Assembly (NCBI GenBank): GCA_044233745.1
Contig: JBIIJN010000005.1
Location: 223 to 64,222, forward strand
From: Crocinitomicaceae bacterium
GTDB taxonomy: Bacteria > Bacteroidota > Bacteroidia > Flavobacteriales_D > Crocinitomicaceae
Length of the DNA stretch: 64,000 nt
Reading direction: 5' to 3'
The notes under the pieces were generated by a model, which was not told where the DNA came from, made no database searches, and was given only the letters and a program-made list of their open reading frames with translations. Below are positions 1-11,100 of this stretch, piece by piece (position 1 is the first letter of the stretch; every line of letters begins with the position of its first letter). Made by a program: the position numbers and the translations under genes.

Positions 1-350
1 AGAAACTGAATGTCTTCCAATAGTAAAAACGCCTAACCCTGTCTAAAAATTTTAAATATATCATAGCCGATTTTAAGCTCACTTTGGTTGATTTTTTACC
101 AAATGGTGCGATCCATGCACAATATTGAAGTCGATTTTGAAAGCTCTAAAAAAGATCATTTCCAATGGAACTTGTTTTATCTGTGAAGTTTCATATCACA
201 GCTTCAGGTTGACTATTGAGAAACACAAAGTAAACCCAGATAGTTGTTAAATACTCAAGCAATCGGTGCAGAGCACTTGGATTAAACTCCTCTTTTTATG
301 GACAGTTTAAAATAGAAATACTCAATAACAAGGGCTTCTCAATACTTAAT

Positions 351-611
351 TTAGAGCACAGCTCTGGCAAAGTAGGCGTCAATGCCTGCGCTAAAATTAG
401 ACATATCAAATACAGTATTACTATGTTTGATGGTTGCCGTTGGCATTGATTTCACTTGTTCTTTAAGTTCATTTGACCTGTCATAAATTTTATATGTAAG
501 GTCAGCTCTTAAATCACTGTCTTTGCTGTTTTTTATTTGTTGCAACAAATCTTTAACTAGTTGGTCATTTCCCATCAGTTCAAAGTGCTTTCGATATTGA
601 TAGCTATTCAT
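351..611 (-). CDS. hypothetical small protein (86 aa)
   Basis: Uninterrupted ORF from the track. It is hydrophilic, has no recognisable motif and is flanked by non-coding DNA. Confidence 0.3.
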   Translation of the reverse strand: MNSYQYRKHFELMGNDQLVKDLLQQIKNSKDSDLRADLTYKIYDRSNELKEQVKSMPTATIKHSNTVFDMSNFSAGIDAYFARAVL

Positions 612-967
612 AATTTGTTTATTTTAATTCATTGTCGCTTAGACCCTTATCTACTAATGTGCCATTTTTTTAAATAGCCTTTAATTATTTAGTAATCAAT
701 GTTTTATATGATTCGTTTGTGTTGCGCTACACGTTTGTTTCCATTTTTAGGAATGTTTTCCAAAAACGGAATAAATAATTAAGCATTTTTTGAAATGAAC
801 GTGAGTATTTGGTACGATAGAAGTCATGGTGCGCTATTCACAGTATATTTTTGTGGAAAAGTTTATAGTGCAATACTGTTTGCTTTCGTCTTGACCTCGC
901 GGCTCGTATTGGGGTTCTTATTGGTTCATGCAACATTCTATGTAGCTGGAAATAAAGTGTCTAATAG

Positions 968-3900
968 TTAAATAACCACAATACGAATTGGTTCTAATTT
1001 TTGGTTTAGTCCTTTGATATTTATAATGTATGTGCCAATTTGTATGCCTTTAGTTTCAAATTGAACAGCGTTGTTTCCAGAGACAATATTCAGTTCTTTG
1101 ATTTGAATAATACGCCCAGAGAGATCCACCATTTCTAGTTGCACATTATCGTATGATTCAATAGTTTGAATAGTAACCACGAACTCGCCAGCGGTTGGGT
1201 TTGGGGAAACTGACATGGTGGTTTCATCGGCTTCACAATTTACACTAATTGGCGTAAAGATTTCGAAGCTTCCGTCAAAATCTGTTTGCACAAGACGATA
1301 ATAGGTCAAACCGCTGAGATTGTTGTCTTGATAAAAATAATTGGTATTTTGGTTTGTAGTTCCAGCAGCTTCTAGTTGAGTGACTTCTATCCATGTGATG
1401 CCATCTCTACTGTTTTGCAAGCTAAAGTGAGCTGCGTTATGCTCCGATGCAGTTGTCCAACGAATATCAACCCCCTCTTTATCACAATTGGCACTAAAGG
1501 AAGTAAGGGTTACAGGTAAAGGCACCCCGGAAATCGAAGGGCCCAATGTTACTAGTGAGAAGGATTGGAACTTGTCGTAAGTTACTGTTTTTTCAGATGG
1601 GTCGTGATACCCTCCCAATGCATACCAATAAGCGTCTATATTAGCTTGATGGTATAAATTAAGCTGTGAATTGTTCAAGTTGGATTCAGCGTATAAATAG
1701 TTGAACACGAGTGTAGCGTTTAATTCACCGTTGTTCTGTACGGAACCACCATTGATGTCTTTTACACTATAATATCGTGCGATACTCTCAGTCATTCCGT
1801 TAAATGGTTCTACGATTCTTCTGTGACGCCTTTCTAAGCGAATTGTTCCCATATCCACGCTTGGAGTAATTGATAGACCAAGGTTCCCAGCATCTATAGT
1901 TTCGCCGGCTTGAATATTTACGATTCTTACAATTTTAGCATTTAGACAATCACAGTAAGCATGACTGTTTTCGTTTTCATTTGTAAAGAATCCAGTGCTG
2001 CCTAAATCCATTGTCAAATAATTTAATCTGATGTTTCCGCCATTGAAAAGAACTTCATTGGATACATGTACATCATTGAGAAGTACTAAGGCATTGGTTT
2101 TATTTATTTCTAAATTGTAGATGACATTGTTTGCTGGATTGGCTATATACAAGGTTGTACTATCGTTACCTATGAATTTCAATTTACTTCCAATGCCAAA
2201 AGAAATTGCACCGTAGCATTTGAAGTTGCCCGAAACTTCAAGTGTTGTATTTGGACTTAGGGTTAGTTGCGCTAGTGGATGCACGATTACATCGGAAGAA
2301 ATCCCACTGCCTAAGGCAAGGACATTTACTACGGGGTTGTTTGTGTTACTTACACAAGCTCCACCAATAGAGTTTGGCACCACAAATACATTGTCGGAAA
2401 GTGTTGGTGCTATAGTCGCAGCAGTGTATGTGTTTGCTCCAGTTTTAACATACCAGTTTGCAAATTCATTCCAGTCATTGCTGATCAAGCCATTCCAAAT
2501 GTAATCTCCATCATCAGCGCTGTTCTCTTCAACAATAATTATTGGTTCTGGGGCCTGCACCACAATTTGACCGGTAGCAATAGCAGCGCCACAACCTTCA
2601 GGCGTAATAACATAATTGTAAGTTCCTGAAGTGGTGGGGGTACCATAAATTGTAATGACTTCTGTTGATGGGTCGAATATGGCCGATACACCAACAGGTA
2701 AACCACTTGACGACGCAATATTGGTTACGTTATACGTAGAGTGCGAAATTTCAGCTAAAGGCATGCTTAAGCAAGTCGTTGGTGTTGGCTCACTTATGTT
2801 TGAATTAATGATGCTTGTTGGATTTACTGTAATTATTTTACTTGCAGATGCAACTCCACAAGAACCACCGTTGGTCGTAAAAGTAAGGGTAATGTTGCCT
2901 AATTCATCAACCGCTGGATTGTATGTAGCTCCTCCAGGGTCATTGGCATTTGTCCAGGTTCCCGCGCCCCCAGACCAAGTTCCTCCAGTTGCACCACCAC
3001 CAACATAACCTGCCATAATTTCAGAAGTTGTTTCTTGACAAACAAACATGTTTGCTGGGCCCGGATCAACCGTAGGGTTGGCGTTAATGATAACACTTGT
3101 ATTTGATTGATAAGAGCAACCTCCAGTAGTAATGAGATTGGCGCTATATAAGCCAGCTTGATTTAATTGTGCATTGGGAATTGATGTGTTCATGCCTGAT
3201 GCACTATATCCTTCTGGTCCTGACCATGAATATAAACCCACATTAGGTCCTGATATGGATAAATTTAACGTTTGACCTTCACAAATAGCACTATTGATGC
3301 TCGTTGAAAGTGAAGCCTGACCTCTAACGGCAATGTTATCAACGCCCGCAAATAAAGTTGAGCCTTGCTGAACCTTATACAAAAAACCAACTATTACTGT
3401 ATTTTGATTCATCGCGCCAGCCGGTAAATTTATTTCGGCAATTGTTACATCTGGTTGGTTAAAGAAACTTTCTACTAGAATCCAATCATTCAAATTTGTA
3501 GTATTTGGATTAGGATTTGTAGTATACATTAACTGTAAATTATTATTTATGGCGTCCCCACCCTCTACGTAGTATGTGAAAGAAACAACAAGATTGTTAA
3601 AGTTTTGTGTACTGAAAGCTCCCGTTGGTTTGTAGGCTATAATTGCGTTATTTTCAGAGTTTCTGTTGCAAGGATTTAGAGAATTACCAGTAAACTGACC
3701 TATAGAAATCGAATTCGATGAGTTCACAGAGCATGAATTATTGGCTTTGGCTAAATGCCATCTGTTTTTCTTACTACCGCCGCTACTGGTATTGGTTTCA
3801 TATTGTATCCATTCCGCTGTAGCTGAAGTTCCGTTTAATACAGCTGTTTGAGTGGCTGAAGTAAAATCCTCTTGGAACAATACTAGACCATTTTCAATGT

Positions 3901-4723
3901 TCAATTGAATTTGTGAGTTTGCCATACAACCATTGGCATCGGTTACTTCAAGTGTAAACGTTGTAGTGTTATTCACGGTAACTATTGGATTCGCAAGATC
4001 ACTCTCAAAAACACCATCTCTTTTCCATTCTATTGTGTATGGACTTGATTCACCCGAAACTAGAGGAGAATCTCCCAACATGTAGTTGCCCGCACTGCAA
4101 TAAACTTGGTTGCCGCCTGTAAACAAGGTCATGGAATAAACAGTCATTGTTATCGTATTTGAAGTGACTTGAGAGCCTGACAATAAAGGATTGGCATTTG
4201 AAATAATTTCGGCGTAAATCTGGTCGTCATTTGCTAAACTTGATGTTACATACGTATTATTTGTTTCATCCTCAAGCTCTATCCCATTTTTAAACCATTG
4301 GTATTGAGGATTAGATCCTCCATTAACAGGTGTTGCTGTGAATGTAACACTCGTGCCAACACATATTGCGTCCATCGGTGATACGGTAATATCCAGTGAT
4401 ACAGTTTGGTTTTGTTTTATGTTATGCCTGGTGCTATTGCTCTTAATCCCAGTAAGATCAAACCAACTTTCACCTATTGCACAGCTTTCATCAAAACAGT
4501 TGAAAGTATAATTTCGACCTCCTACACTCAAATGCTCAAAATTAAAAGAGACTACTCCGGTATGATCCGCTTTAGCACCAGAAATGTCGTATGCCTTGGT
4601 TTGTTTCCCCCATGCATGACTCCCAAAGAATAGGAGTACAACAGCGACATGTATTATGATTCTTGCCAAATGTGATTTGAAGGGAATCGTATTACTTGGG
4701 TTGACCTTGTAATAAATTTTCAT
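968..4723 (-). CDS. very large T9SS-sorted surface/adhesin-like protein
   Basis: 1251-aa ORF with an N-terminal hydrophobic signal-like segment and a long Thr/Ser/Asn/Gly-rich beta-repeat body. The C-terminal ~80 aa (SVSPNPTAGEFVV...IRIVVI) fit the T9SS type-A sorting domain pattern. Confidence 0.8.
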   Translation of the reverse strand: MKIYYKVNPSNTIPFKSHLARIIIHVAVVLLFFGSHAWGKQTKAYDISGAKADHTGVVSFNFEHLSVGGRNYTFNCFDESCAIGESWFDLTGIKSNSTRHNIKQNQTVSLDITVSPMDAICVGTSVTFTATPVNGGSNPQYQWFKNGIELEDETNNTYVTSSLANDDQIYAEIISNANPLLSGSQVTSNTITMTVYSMTLFTGGNQVYCSAGNYMLGDSPLVSGESSPYTIEWKRDGVFESDLANPIVTVNNTTTFTLEVTDANGCMANSQIQLNIENGLVLFQEDFTSATQTAVLNGTSATAEWIQYETNTSSGGSKKNRWHLAKANNSCSVNSSNSISIGQFTGNSLNPCNRNSENNAIIAYKPTGAFSTQNFNNLVVSFTYYVEGGDAINNNLQLMYTTNPNPNTTNLNDWILVESFFNQPDVTIAEINLPAGAMNQNTVIVGFLYKVQQGSTLFAGVDNIAVRGQASLSTSINSAICEGQTLNLSISGPNVGLYSWSGPEGYSASGMNTSIPNAQLNQAGLYSANLITTGGCSYQSNTSVIINANPTVDPGPANMFVCQETTSEIMAGYVGGGATGGTWSGGAGTWTNANDPGGATYNPAVDELGNITLTFTTNGGSCGVASASKIITVNPTSIINSNISEPTPTTCLSMPLAEISHSTYNVTNIASSSGLPVGVSAIFDPSTEVITIYGTPTTSGTYNYVITPEGCGAAIATGQIVVQAPEPIIIVEENSADDGDYIWNGLISNDWNEFANWYVKTGANTYTAATIAPTLSDNVFVVPNSIGGACVSNTNNPVVNVLALGSGISSDVIVHPLAQLTLSPNTTLEVSGNFKCYGAISFGIGSKLKFIGNDSTTLYIANPANNVIYNLEINKTNALVLLNDVHVSNEVLFNGGNIRLNYLTMDLGSTGFFTNENENSHAYCDCLNAKIVRIVNIQAGETIDAGNLGLSITPSVDMGTIRLERRHRRIVEPFNGMTESIARYYSVKDINGGSVQNNGELNATLVFNYLYAESNLNNSQLNLYHQANIDAYWYALGGYHDPSEKTVTYDKFQSFSLVTLGPSISGVPLPVTLTSFSANCDKEGVDIRWTTASEHNAAHFSLQNSRDGITWIEVTQLEAAGTTNQNTNYFYQDNNLSGLTYYRLVQTDFDGSFEIFTPISVNCEADETTMSVSPNPTAGEFVVTIQTIESYDNVQLEMVDLSGRIIQIKELNIVSGNNAVQFETKGIQIGTYIINIKGLNQKLEPIRIVVI

Positions 4724-5613
4724 AAGCAGTCATATGTATTTATGTAATCATGTGGCAATGTTCAATGCTGCGTCACTCAAAGCGAGGATATTTTGATGGG
4801 CATCAACAATTTTAATTGCTTCATTTCGAAATTCGTGCCTTTCTTGGTGATTTTGGTTAACAATCTGTTTTTCAGGATTTTGAAATCGCGTCTTAAAGTA
4901 GCTTTTTTCCAAATTCAGGAAAATTTTTTGTTTTTGAAACAAACGAATAACTATTGATTTTCAATGAAGTATGTGTGATAACCTTTATTATTTTACTAGT
5001 TTGGTCTTTTTTATAGGTTGACTTAACTTGAGACGGTACTTTTTTACCCCAAATTAGTTATTCCTATTTATTGATTGAACTGGGCATCCATGGAGTAAAA
5101 CGCTCTACTTTGTAAGTGGTTGATTCAATGATTTTTTCTGTCTTTTGGAGGATTTGATAAAAAAATAAATTTTAAAGAAATCGTTTTTATACAACGATTA
5201 TTGTGCAATTTTAATTTGCTACAAGTACAATCTGCACATAGCTCGATTCTATGCACTATGTTTAAATCAAACTGGTAAAATATTGATAAACATATATTTA
5301 TACTTATCAAAAATCGGAATTTTTATAGTTTTGCCGTATTTAACAAGACCAATTTTCCTATTCATAATTTTGTTTTCACTATACAAGACTAGTAATATTT
5401 TAAGTTTAACCCCAATACTACTTGTTTATTTATTTTTTCCAAAATTTGGAATGACATTAAATAATGATAAATTTGACGGGCCAATTTTTTTTGCATTTAT
5501 TTGGATACAAGAGATAAAATTTGCTTGATTTTTAGGAAATTGTAATTCTTGTTTTTTATGCCAAATTGAAATACATCGTTTTGGCTTCAGTTTTTTATTT
5601 TTAAGGTCTAAAC

Positions 5614-6972
5614 ATGAAAAAATTTAATATAGCAATAGTAGAGGACGATCCAATTTACAGCAGAATGCTTAAGCATAAGCTTTCTTTGGACTCAGAATAT
5701 AATGTTGCGATACACGAGTCAGCGAGTCAGTTTCTGGCGGAAAAGAGAACGCATTGGGATGTACTTACACTAGATTTGAGTTTACCCGACATGTCAGGTC
5801 TTGAGTTGATGCAGGCTGTGCGCAAAGCAAATCCTGACCTGCATGTAGTTGTTTTGTCAGGGCAAGATAAAGTTGACACAGCAGTTGAATTGTTCAAACT
5901 TGGGATATTTGATTACATCGTGAAGGATGAGCACGCAATGGAGAAGTTGTGGTATTCTGTTCATAAGGCAACAAATCATGTTGAGCTCTCTCAGGAGGTG
6001 ATAGAATTGCGTAATGAGCTAAGCAAAAAACATGATTTCAGAAAAGAAATTATTGGCTCAAGTGAAGCCATTCAAAATGTGTTTAGTTTGATCGAAAAAG
6101 CAGCGAACAACAATATTAGTATTGTGATCATTGGCGAAACGGGAACGGGAAAAGAATTGGTGGCAAAAGCAGTACATTTTAATTCTCAAAGAAAGGGTAA
6201 ACCTTTTGTGGCTGTTAATGTTGCCGCAATTCCAAAGGAGTTGGTTGAGAGTGAGATGTTTGGTTATGAAGCGGGAGCGTTTACTGGCGCCAACCAATCT
6301 AGATCTGGAAAGCTTGAGGTGGCCAAAGGTGGAACGCTGTTTTTGGATGAAATTGCTGAAATGGACTTGTCTATGCAGGTCAAGTTATTGCGTGTGCTTC
6401 AAGAAATGGAGTTAACACGCTTGGGCTCCAATAAGTTGATTCCGCTCGATTTCAGACTTATTGTTGCTTCTCACAAGAACTTATTAAAGGAAGTACATAA
6501 TGGCAATTTCAGGGAGGATCTGTATTACAGACTTTTGGGTTTAACGATTGACATCCCTCCGCTGAGACGAAGAAAGAGCGATATTCTGTTAATCGCAAAT
6601 CAGTTTATAAAAAAATTTGCTAAAGAAAATGGCTTGTTAGCGAAGGACTTTTCGTCAGAAGCAAAAACTTATTTGAGTAAGCTCCCTTTTCCTGGTAATG
6701 TCCGCGAGTTGAAAGCTATTGTGGAAACAGGTTTCGTAATGAGTGATACAGAACAAATTGAAATTCAAGATTTACAGGTAAGTGTTGGTATTGAATTTAA
6801 TGTTGATAATTTGTTAAGTGAAGAAATTTCCCTTGAGAATTATAACAATCAAATCATACAGTCGCATTTGATGAGAAATCGCTTTAACGTGGTTCAAACA
6901 GCAAAAGAATTGCAAATCGGAAAATCAACCATCTATAGATTGGTGAAAGAGGGGAAACTATACTTGCAATAA
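5614..6972 (+). CDS. sigma-54-dependent response regulator (NtrC family)
   Basis: Receiver domain (LDLSLPDMSG), AAA+ Walker A GETGTGKE, sigma-54 contact loop ESEMFGYEAGAFTGA, and a C-terminal Fis-type HTH (AKELQIGKSTIYRLVKE). Confidence 0.9.
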   Translation: MKKFNIAIVEDDPIYSRMLKHKLSLDSEYNVAIHESASQFLAEKRTHWDVLTLDLSLPDMSGLELMQAVRKANPDLHVVVLSGQDKVDTAVELFKLGIFDYIVKDEHAMEKLWYSVHKATNHVELSQEVIELRNELSKKHDFRKEIIGSSEAIQNVFSLIEKAANNNISIVIIGETGTGKELVAKAVHFNSQRKGKPFVAVNVAAIPKELVESEMFGYEAGAFTGANQSRSGKLEVAKGGTLFLDEIAEMDLSMQVKLLRVLQEMELTRLGSNKLIPLDFRLIVASHKNLLKEVHNGNFREDLYYRLLGLTIDIPPLRRRKSDILLIANQFIKKFAKENGLLAKDFSSEAKTYLSKLPFPGNVRELKAIVETGFVMSDTEQIEIQDLQVSVGIEFNVDNLLSEEISLENYNNQIIQSHLMRNRFNVVQTAKELQIGKSTIYRLVKEGKLYLQ

Positions 6973-7011
6973 GTCCTTGATGATCTGATTATTTTAAGAA
7001 CAATATAGAAT

Positions 7012-8118
7012 ATGAAAAACACCAAAACAGACAATTATTTTTTTGAAAATATTGCAAATCTCAAATCACTCGATAACACAATTAAACGCATTAATGAAAA
7101 CGATGATTTTTTATCAGCACTAATTTTTATTGGCGATGATAATAATTTCTCTGCTGAAGAAATCAACAACGCTTTAAAACAAGCTCGAAAGCCTATTGTT
7201 GGAGGAGTTTTCACGGGTCTGCTAGACAAGGGTGTAAATTATAGTCAAGGCATTCTGTCGCTTGGTCTGCCGTATGCATTGGACACAAAAGTTATTGATC
7301 TTTCTGATAAGGTTAAGATTCACGCAGGTGTTCGCGATTTTTATGAAACAACGGATTGTAAAGACAAGTCTATGGTTGTTTTTGTTGATGCTTTTGCAGA
7401 CAATAAAATTACTTTTATTGAACAGCTTTACAATCATTTTGGCATTTCTGTTAGCTACGTTGGAGGTGGTGCAGGTTCCTTATCTTTTAAAAGAAAACCT
7501 GTAGTTTTCAATGAACATGGAATATTTGAAAATAGTGCAGTGCTAGGCATGATGGATAAAAACATCCAAGTAGGGGTCTCTCATGGCTGGACACCAATTT
7601 CTCACCCGCTAAAAGTTACCGAAACCGATGGGAACATCGTTAAATCAATTGATTGGGAACCAGCCTTAGATGTTTATCAAAAGTTGATTAAGGAACATTC
7701 GGGACTCATTCCGAATAAAGAAAATTTCTTTGACGTTGCTAAATCATATCCTTTCGGAATTTCAAAAATACAATCCAATTTTGTGGTGAGAGATCCTATT
7801 TCAATTCATGAGTCAGGATTATTAATTGTTGACGAGATACCGCAAGGAGAATTTATTTATGTTTTACACGCGGACAAAGAAAAATTATTAAAAGGCGCTG
7901 CTGATGCCCGAGACAGAGGTGTTTCAAACAGAGAAAGCGCTGTATTCTGTATTGATTGTATTTCGAGGGTTTTGTACCTGGGTGATGATTTTGGTGAAGA
8001 GATTTACACCATTGATAAGACGAAAAATATATTTGGGATTTTCAGTTTGGGTGAAATTGCCAACTTTGGTACCAATTTGGAAATTTTTAATAAAACAGTT
8101 GTGGTAACTCAATTTTGA
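7012..8118 (+). CDS. FIST-domain sensory protein
   Basis: 368-aa ORF with a FIST_N/FIST_C-like pattern (PIVGGVFTG, YVGGGAGS, C-terminal FGIFSLGEIAN). Its TGA stop at 8116-8118 lies 3 nt before the kinase ATG. Confidence 0.7.
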   Translation: MKNTKTDNYFFENIANLKSLDNTIKRINENDDFLSALIFIGDDNNFSAEEINNALKQARKPIVGGVFTGLLDKGVNYSQGILSLGLPYALDTKVIDLSDKVKIHAGVRDFYETTDCKDKSMVVFVDAFADNKITFIEQLYNHFGISVSYVGGGAGSLSFKRKPVVFNEHGIFENSAVLGMMDKNIQVGVSHGWTPISHPLKVTETDGNIVKSIDWEPALDVYQKLIKEHSGLIPNKENFFDVAKSYPFGISKIQSNFVVRDPISIHESGLLIVDEIPQGEFIYVLHADKEKLLKGAADARDRGVSNRESAVFCIDCISRVLYLGDDFGEEIYTIDKTKNIFGIFSLGEIANFGTNLEIFNKTVVVTQF

Positions 8119-8120
8119 TA

Positions 8121-11100
8121 ATGAATAGTATCCGTTTAGTCAATACAAGTGTTCTTTTGGATTTAGCTCTTTCACTCGCAGGTGAAATTGAGGAGGATTT
8201 AATTGTCAAAAAAGCACTTTCGCTCTATCTGCGAAAACTCGATTGTTTTGCTGTGGCCATCGCAAAGTACGATGAGGCAGAAGAAAAGAACCAAATCAGT
8301 GTGTTGCCACATTCCTTCAAGCGCCATAGTGTATGGGAGCTGCTTGAGGAAAAATGTTTGGTCGGTGCTCTGTCAGATGACGATTTCAGTGAGTTTTTAA
8401 TGGATGACTTCATTTTTTATATCTATGAACTCAACGGATATGGTCATCTAATTTTGGGTAAAACGACATCTTTTGAATCCAAAGTAATTAAAGAACTTAA
8501 ACCAGTTGTTCAAAACCTAGCTAAAACACTTGTTCTCTCAAATGAAACACAAAAGAGGGTCAAACTTGAAAAGGAGAACCAATATCATCTTACGCGCTTA
8601 CAACTTTTGGAGAAATTCATCAAAAACAGCAATGATGGTTTACAAGTATGTGACTCTAAAGGCAACATGGTTTATGCGAATAATGAATCTAGCAAAAGAT
8701 TGAATATAAATCCTCAAGAAATAGAAAAGTATAAGGTAAGTGATTTTGAACCTATGTTTGTACAAACTGAAGCATGGCAAAAGCATTTGGAAGAGTTGCG
8801 AATGAATGATCGACTCTTGATTCGTAGTTTTCACATAAACCAACAAGATGGCACAAAACTTCCTGTAGAGGTTGCTGTTAGTAGGGAGCTTATAGAAGGT
8901 GAAGAGTACATTACGTCTGTATCAAGGGACATATCAAATCGAGTGAAGATTGAAACAGAACTCGCAATTAAGGAGAAAATGTTGTTTGCCATTTCTCAAG
9001 CTACTTCGATTCTGCTTTATGAACCCAACATATTCAAAGCAATTTCAGAAGCTCTTTACTTGATTGGCGAGGCAGTAGCTGCAGACCGCACTTATTTATT
9101 TACCTCGTCGATGCATGAGGAGTATGGTTTGGTAGTTTCTCAAAGATTAGAGTGGAATTCTGGTGCTGCGAGTCCACAAATTGATAACCCAGAATTACAA
9201 GATGTCCCTGTCTTACTCTTCGATGAGTTTATGGGAAATGTAAACAAGCAATTGCCTTTTCATGATTTGGTGAAAAATTTGAAAGATTCTGATTTAAAAT
9301 CAATTCTTGAAGAGCAAGAAATCATCTCCATCCTTGTTATTCCAATATTTTTAGAAAATAAGTTTTGGGGCTTTGTGGGTTATGACGAATGTAAATATGA
9401 ACGAATTTGGTCAGAAGCGGAATTAACGATTTTACAAACATTTGCCACGAGTATATCTTATGCTTTAGAACGTCAATCTAGTGCGGAAAAAATAGAAAGT
9501 TTGGCTCTTTTTACTTCAGAAAGTCCAAATCCATTATTTCGGGTGGACCGCATGGGTAATATCTTACTGAAAAACGATAATTCTAGTGATCTTGATATTA
9601 TCAGATACAATGGAAAGGAATACAATTTAAATGGTTTTTTAAATCAAGTTGTGACAATTTTGGACGATGAACAAGCTATAAATTATTATGAAATCAGTGA
9701 TCTCAATAACAATTATTACACGGTAACATCCAAGTTGTCAAGAGACAAGGATCACATCAATCTGTATTTTAATAATATCACTTTGTTTAAAAAGGCTCAA
9801 GCTGAACTTAATTTTGCTCGTGAACAGATAGAAAATATCGTAATCAGCATGGATGATGTGGTGTGGTCGATTAGTTTCCCTGATTTTGAGCTCATTTTTG
9901 TCTCTAATTCGGCTGAAAAGCTATTGGGAATGAAGCCTGAGCAACTTTTGCATGACCGCAGTATTTGGACAAAGTTTATTTTCGAAGAAGACACCGATAA
10001 TTTCGATTCAATTCGTGAATATATCTTGTTAAAAGGAATTTTAGAGAAAGAGTTGAGAATTATAACCCAATCAGGATCTGTCAAATGGATTTTGATCAAG
10101 ATGAGGTTGATAGATGTTAGCGCTGATGAAAAGCGAATCGATGGACGATTTATTGATATAACTGATAGGAAGCGTTTTGAACAGGAGTTGAGTCTGGCTA
10201 AAGAAAAAGCCGAATTATCAAATCGAGCCAAAGAAGATTTCGTTGCCAATATCAGTCATGAAATCAGAACGCCTTTAAATGCTATTATCGGGCTTTCTGG
10301 AGAACTAGCTAGGCATACTCCAGAAAATGAAACCAAAGCACTTGTCAATCACATCGGCTCTTCAGGTAAACATCTTTTGTCTTTGGTCAACAATATCCTC
10401 GATTTTTCTAAAATTAATGACGGGCAACTGCCACTTGAACAAAAGAATTTTAGTTTCTCTCTAGCTATTGACCAAATCAAGTCAATTATTGCGCTCAGTT
10501 CCGATGAAAAATCACTTGTTATTGATTATAATATCGATCCAAATTTAAGTCTGTATCATATTGGAGATGAGTTGCGTATCAAACAAGTTCTTTTAAATAT
10601 CCTCAGCAATGCGGTTAAATTTACCGACGAGGGTTCGATCAAATTCGATCTTTTTGTAAAGAAAACTGACGACATTGGGCAAGAACTTGAAATAAGGATT
10701 GAAGATACAGGTATCGGCATGAGCCCTGATTTTATTCCTAACTTGTTTGATAAATTTGCGCAAGAAGAATATTCATCAACGCGCAGAGTTGGTGGATTTG
10801 GTCTTGGTATGGCTATTTCATATAAACTCATTCAACTCATGAATGGCAACATTCACGTAAAGAGTGAAAAAGAAGTGGGGTCAATTTTTACAATTAATCT
10901 TAAATTACCAATTGGGAATAATGTTGAAATCGATACTAGTCAGTTAAGTATGTCTAAGCTATTAGATGGGTTAAAAGTGCTCGTTGTAGAAGATAATGAA
11001 ATCAACCGATTGGTTGCTCGAACTGTTTTAACTAGATTGAAAGTTACTGTTTTTGAGTGTGATAACGGAAAGGAAGCTATCGAGTTCTTGCAAGAAAACA

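Noticed and set aside
2220-3096. Track ORFs 2220-2504(+), 2655-3008(+) and 2899-3096(-) inside the giant T9SS protein gene
   Set aside because: They are antisense or out-of-frame shadows of a 1251-aa gene that has a coherent domain structure. Their low-complexity sequence mirrors the Thr/Gly/Ser-rich coding strand.
4753-4768. TGGCA-N8-TGC, a sigma-54 promoter look-alike (a similar one is at 51043-51058)
   Set aside because: The GG-to-GC spacing is one nucleotide too long. The first has no gene within 850 nt downstream, and the second lies inside a CDS.
4748-4942. 64-aa ORF just upstream of the T9SS adhesin gene
   Set aside because: It is short and motif-less, and it lies in an AT-rich leader. 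It cannot be told apart from a chance ORF, so I did not call it.
5283-5528. 81-aa hydrophobic ORF in the gap upstream of the response regulator
   Set aside because: A very AT-rich sequence translates into a Phe/Ile/Leu/Lys-rich peptide by default. There is no start context and no motif.
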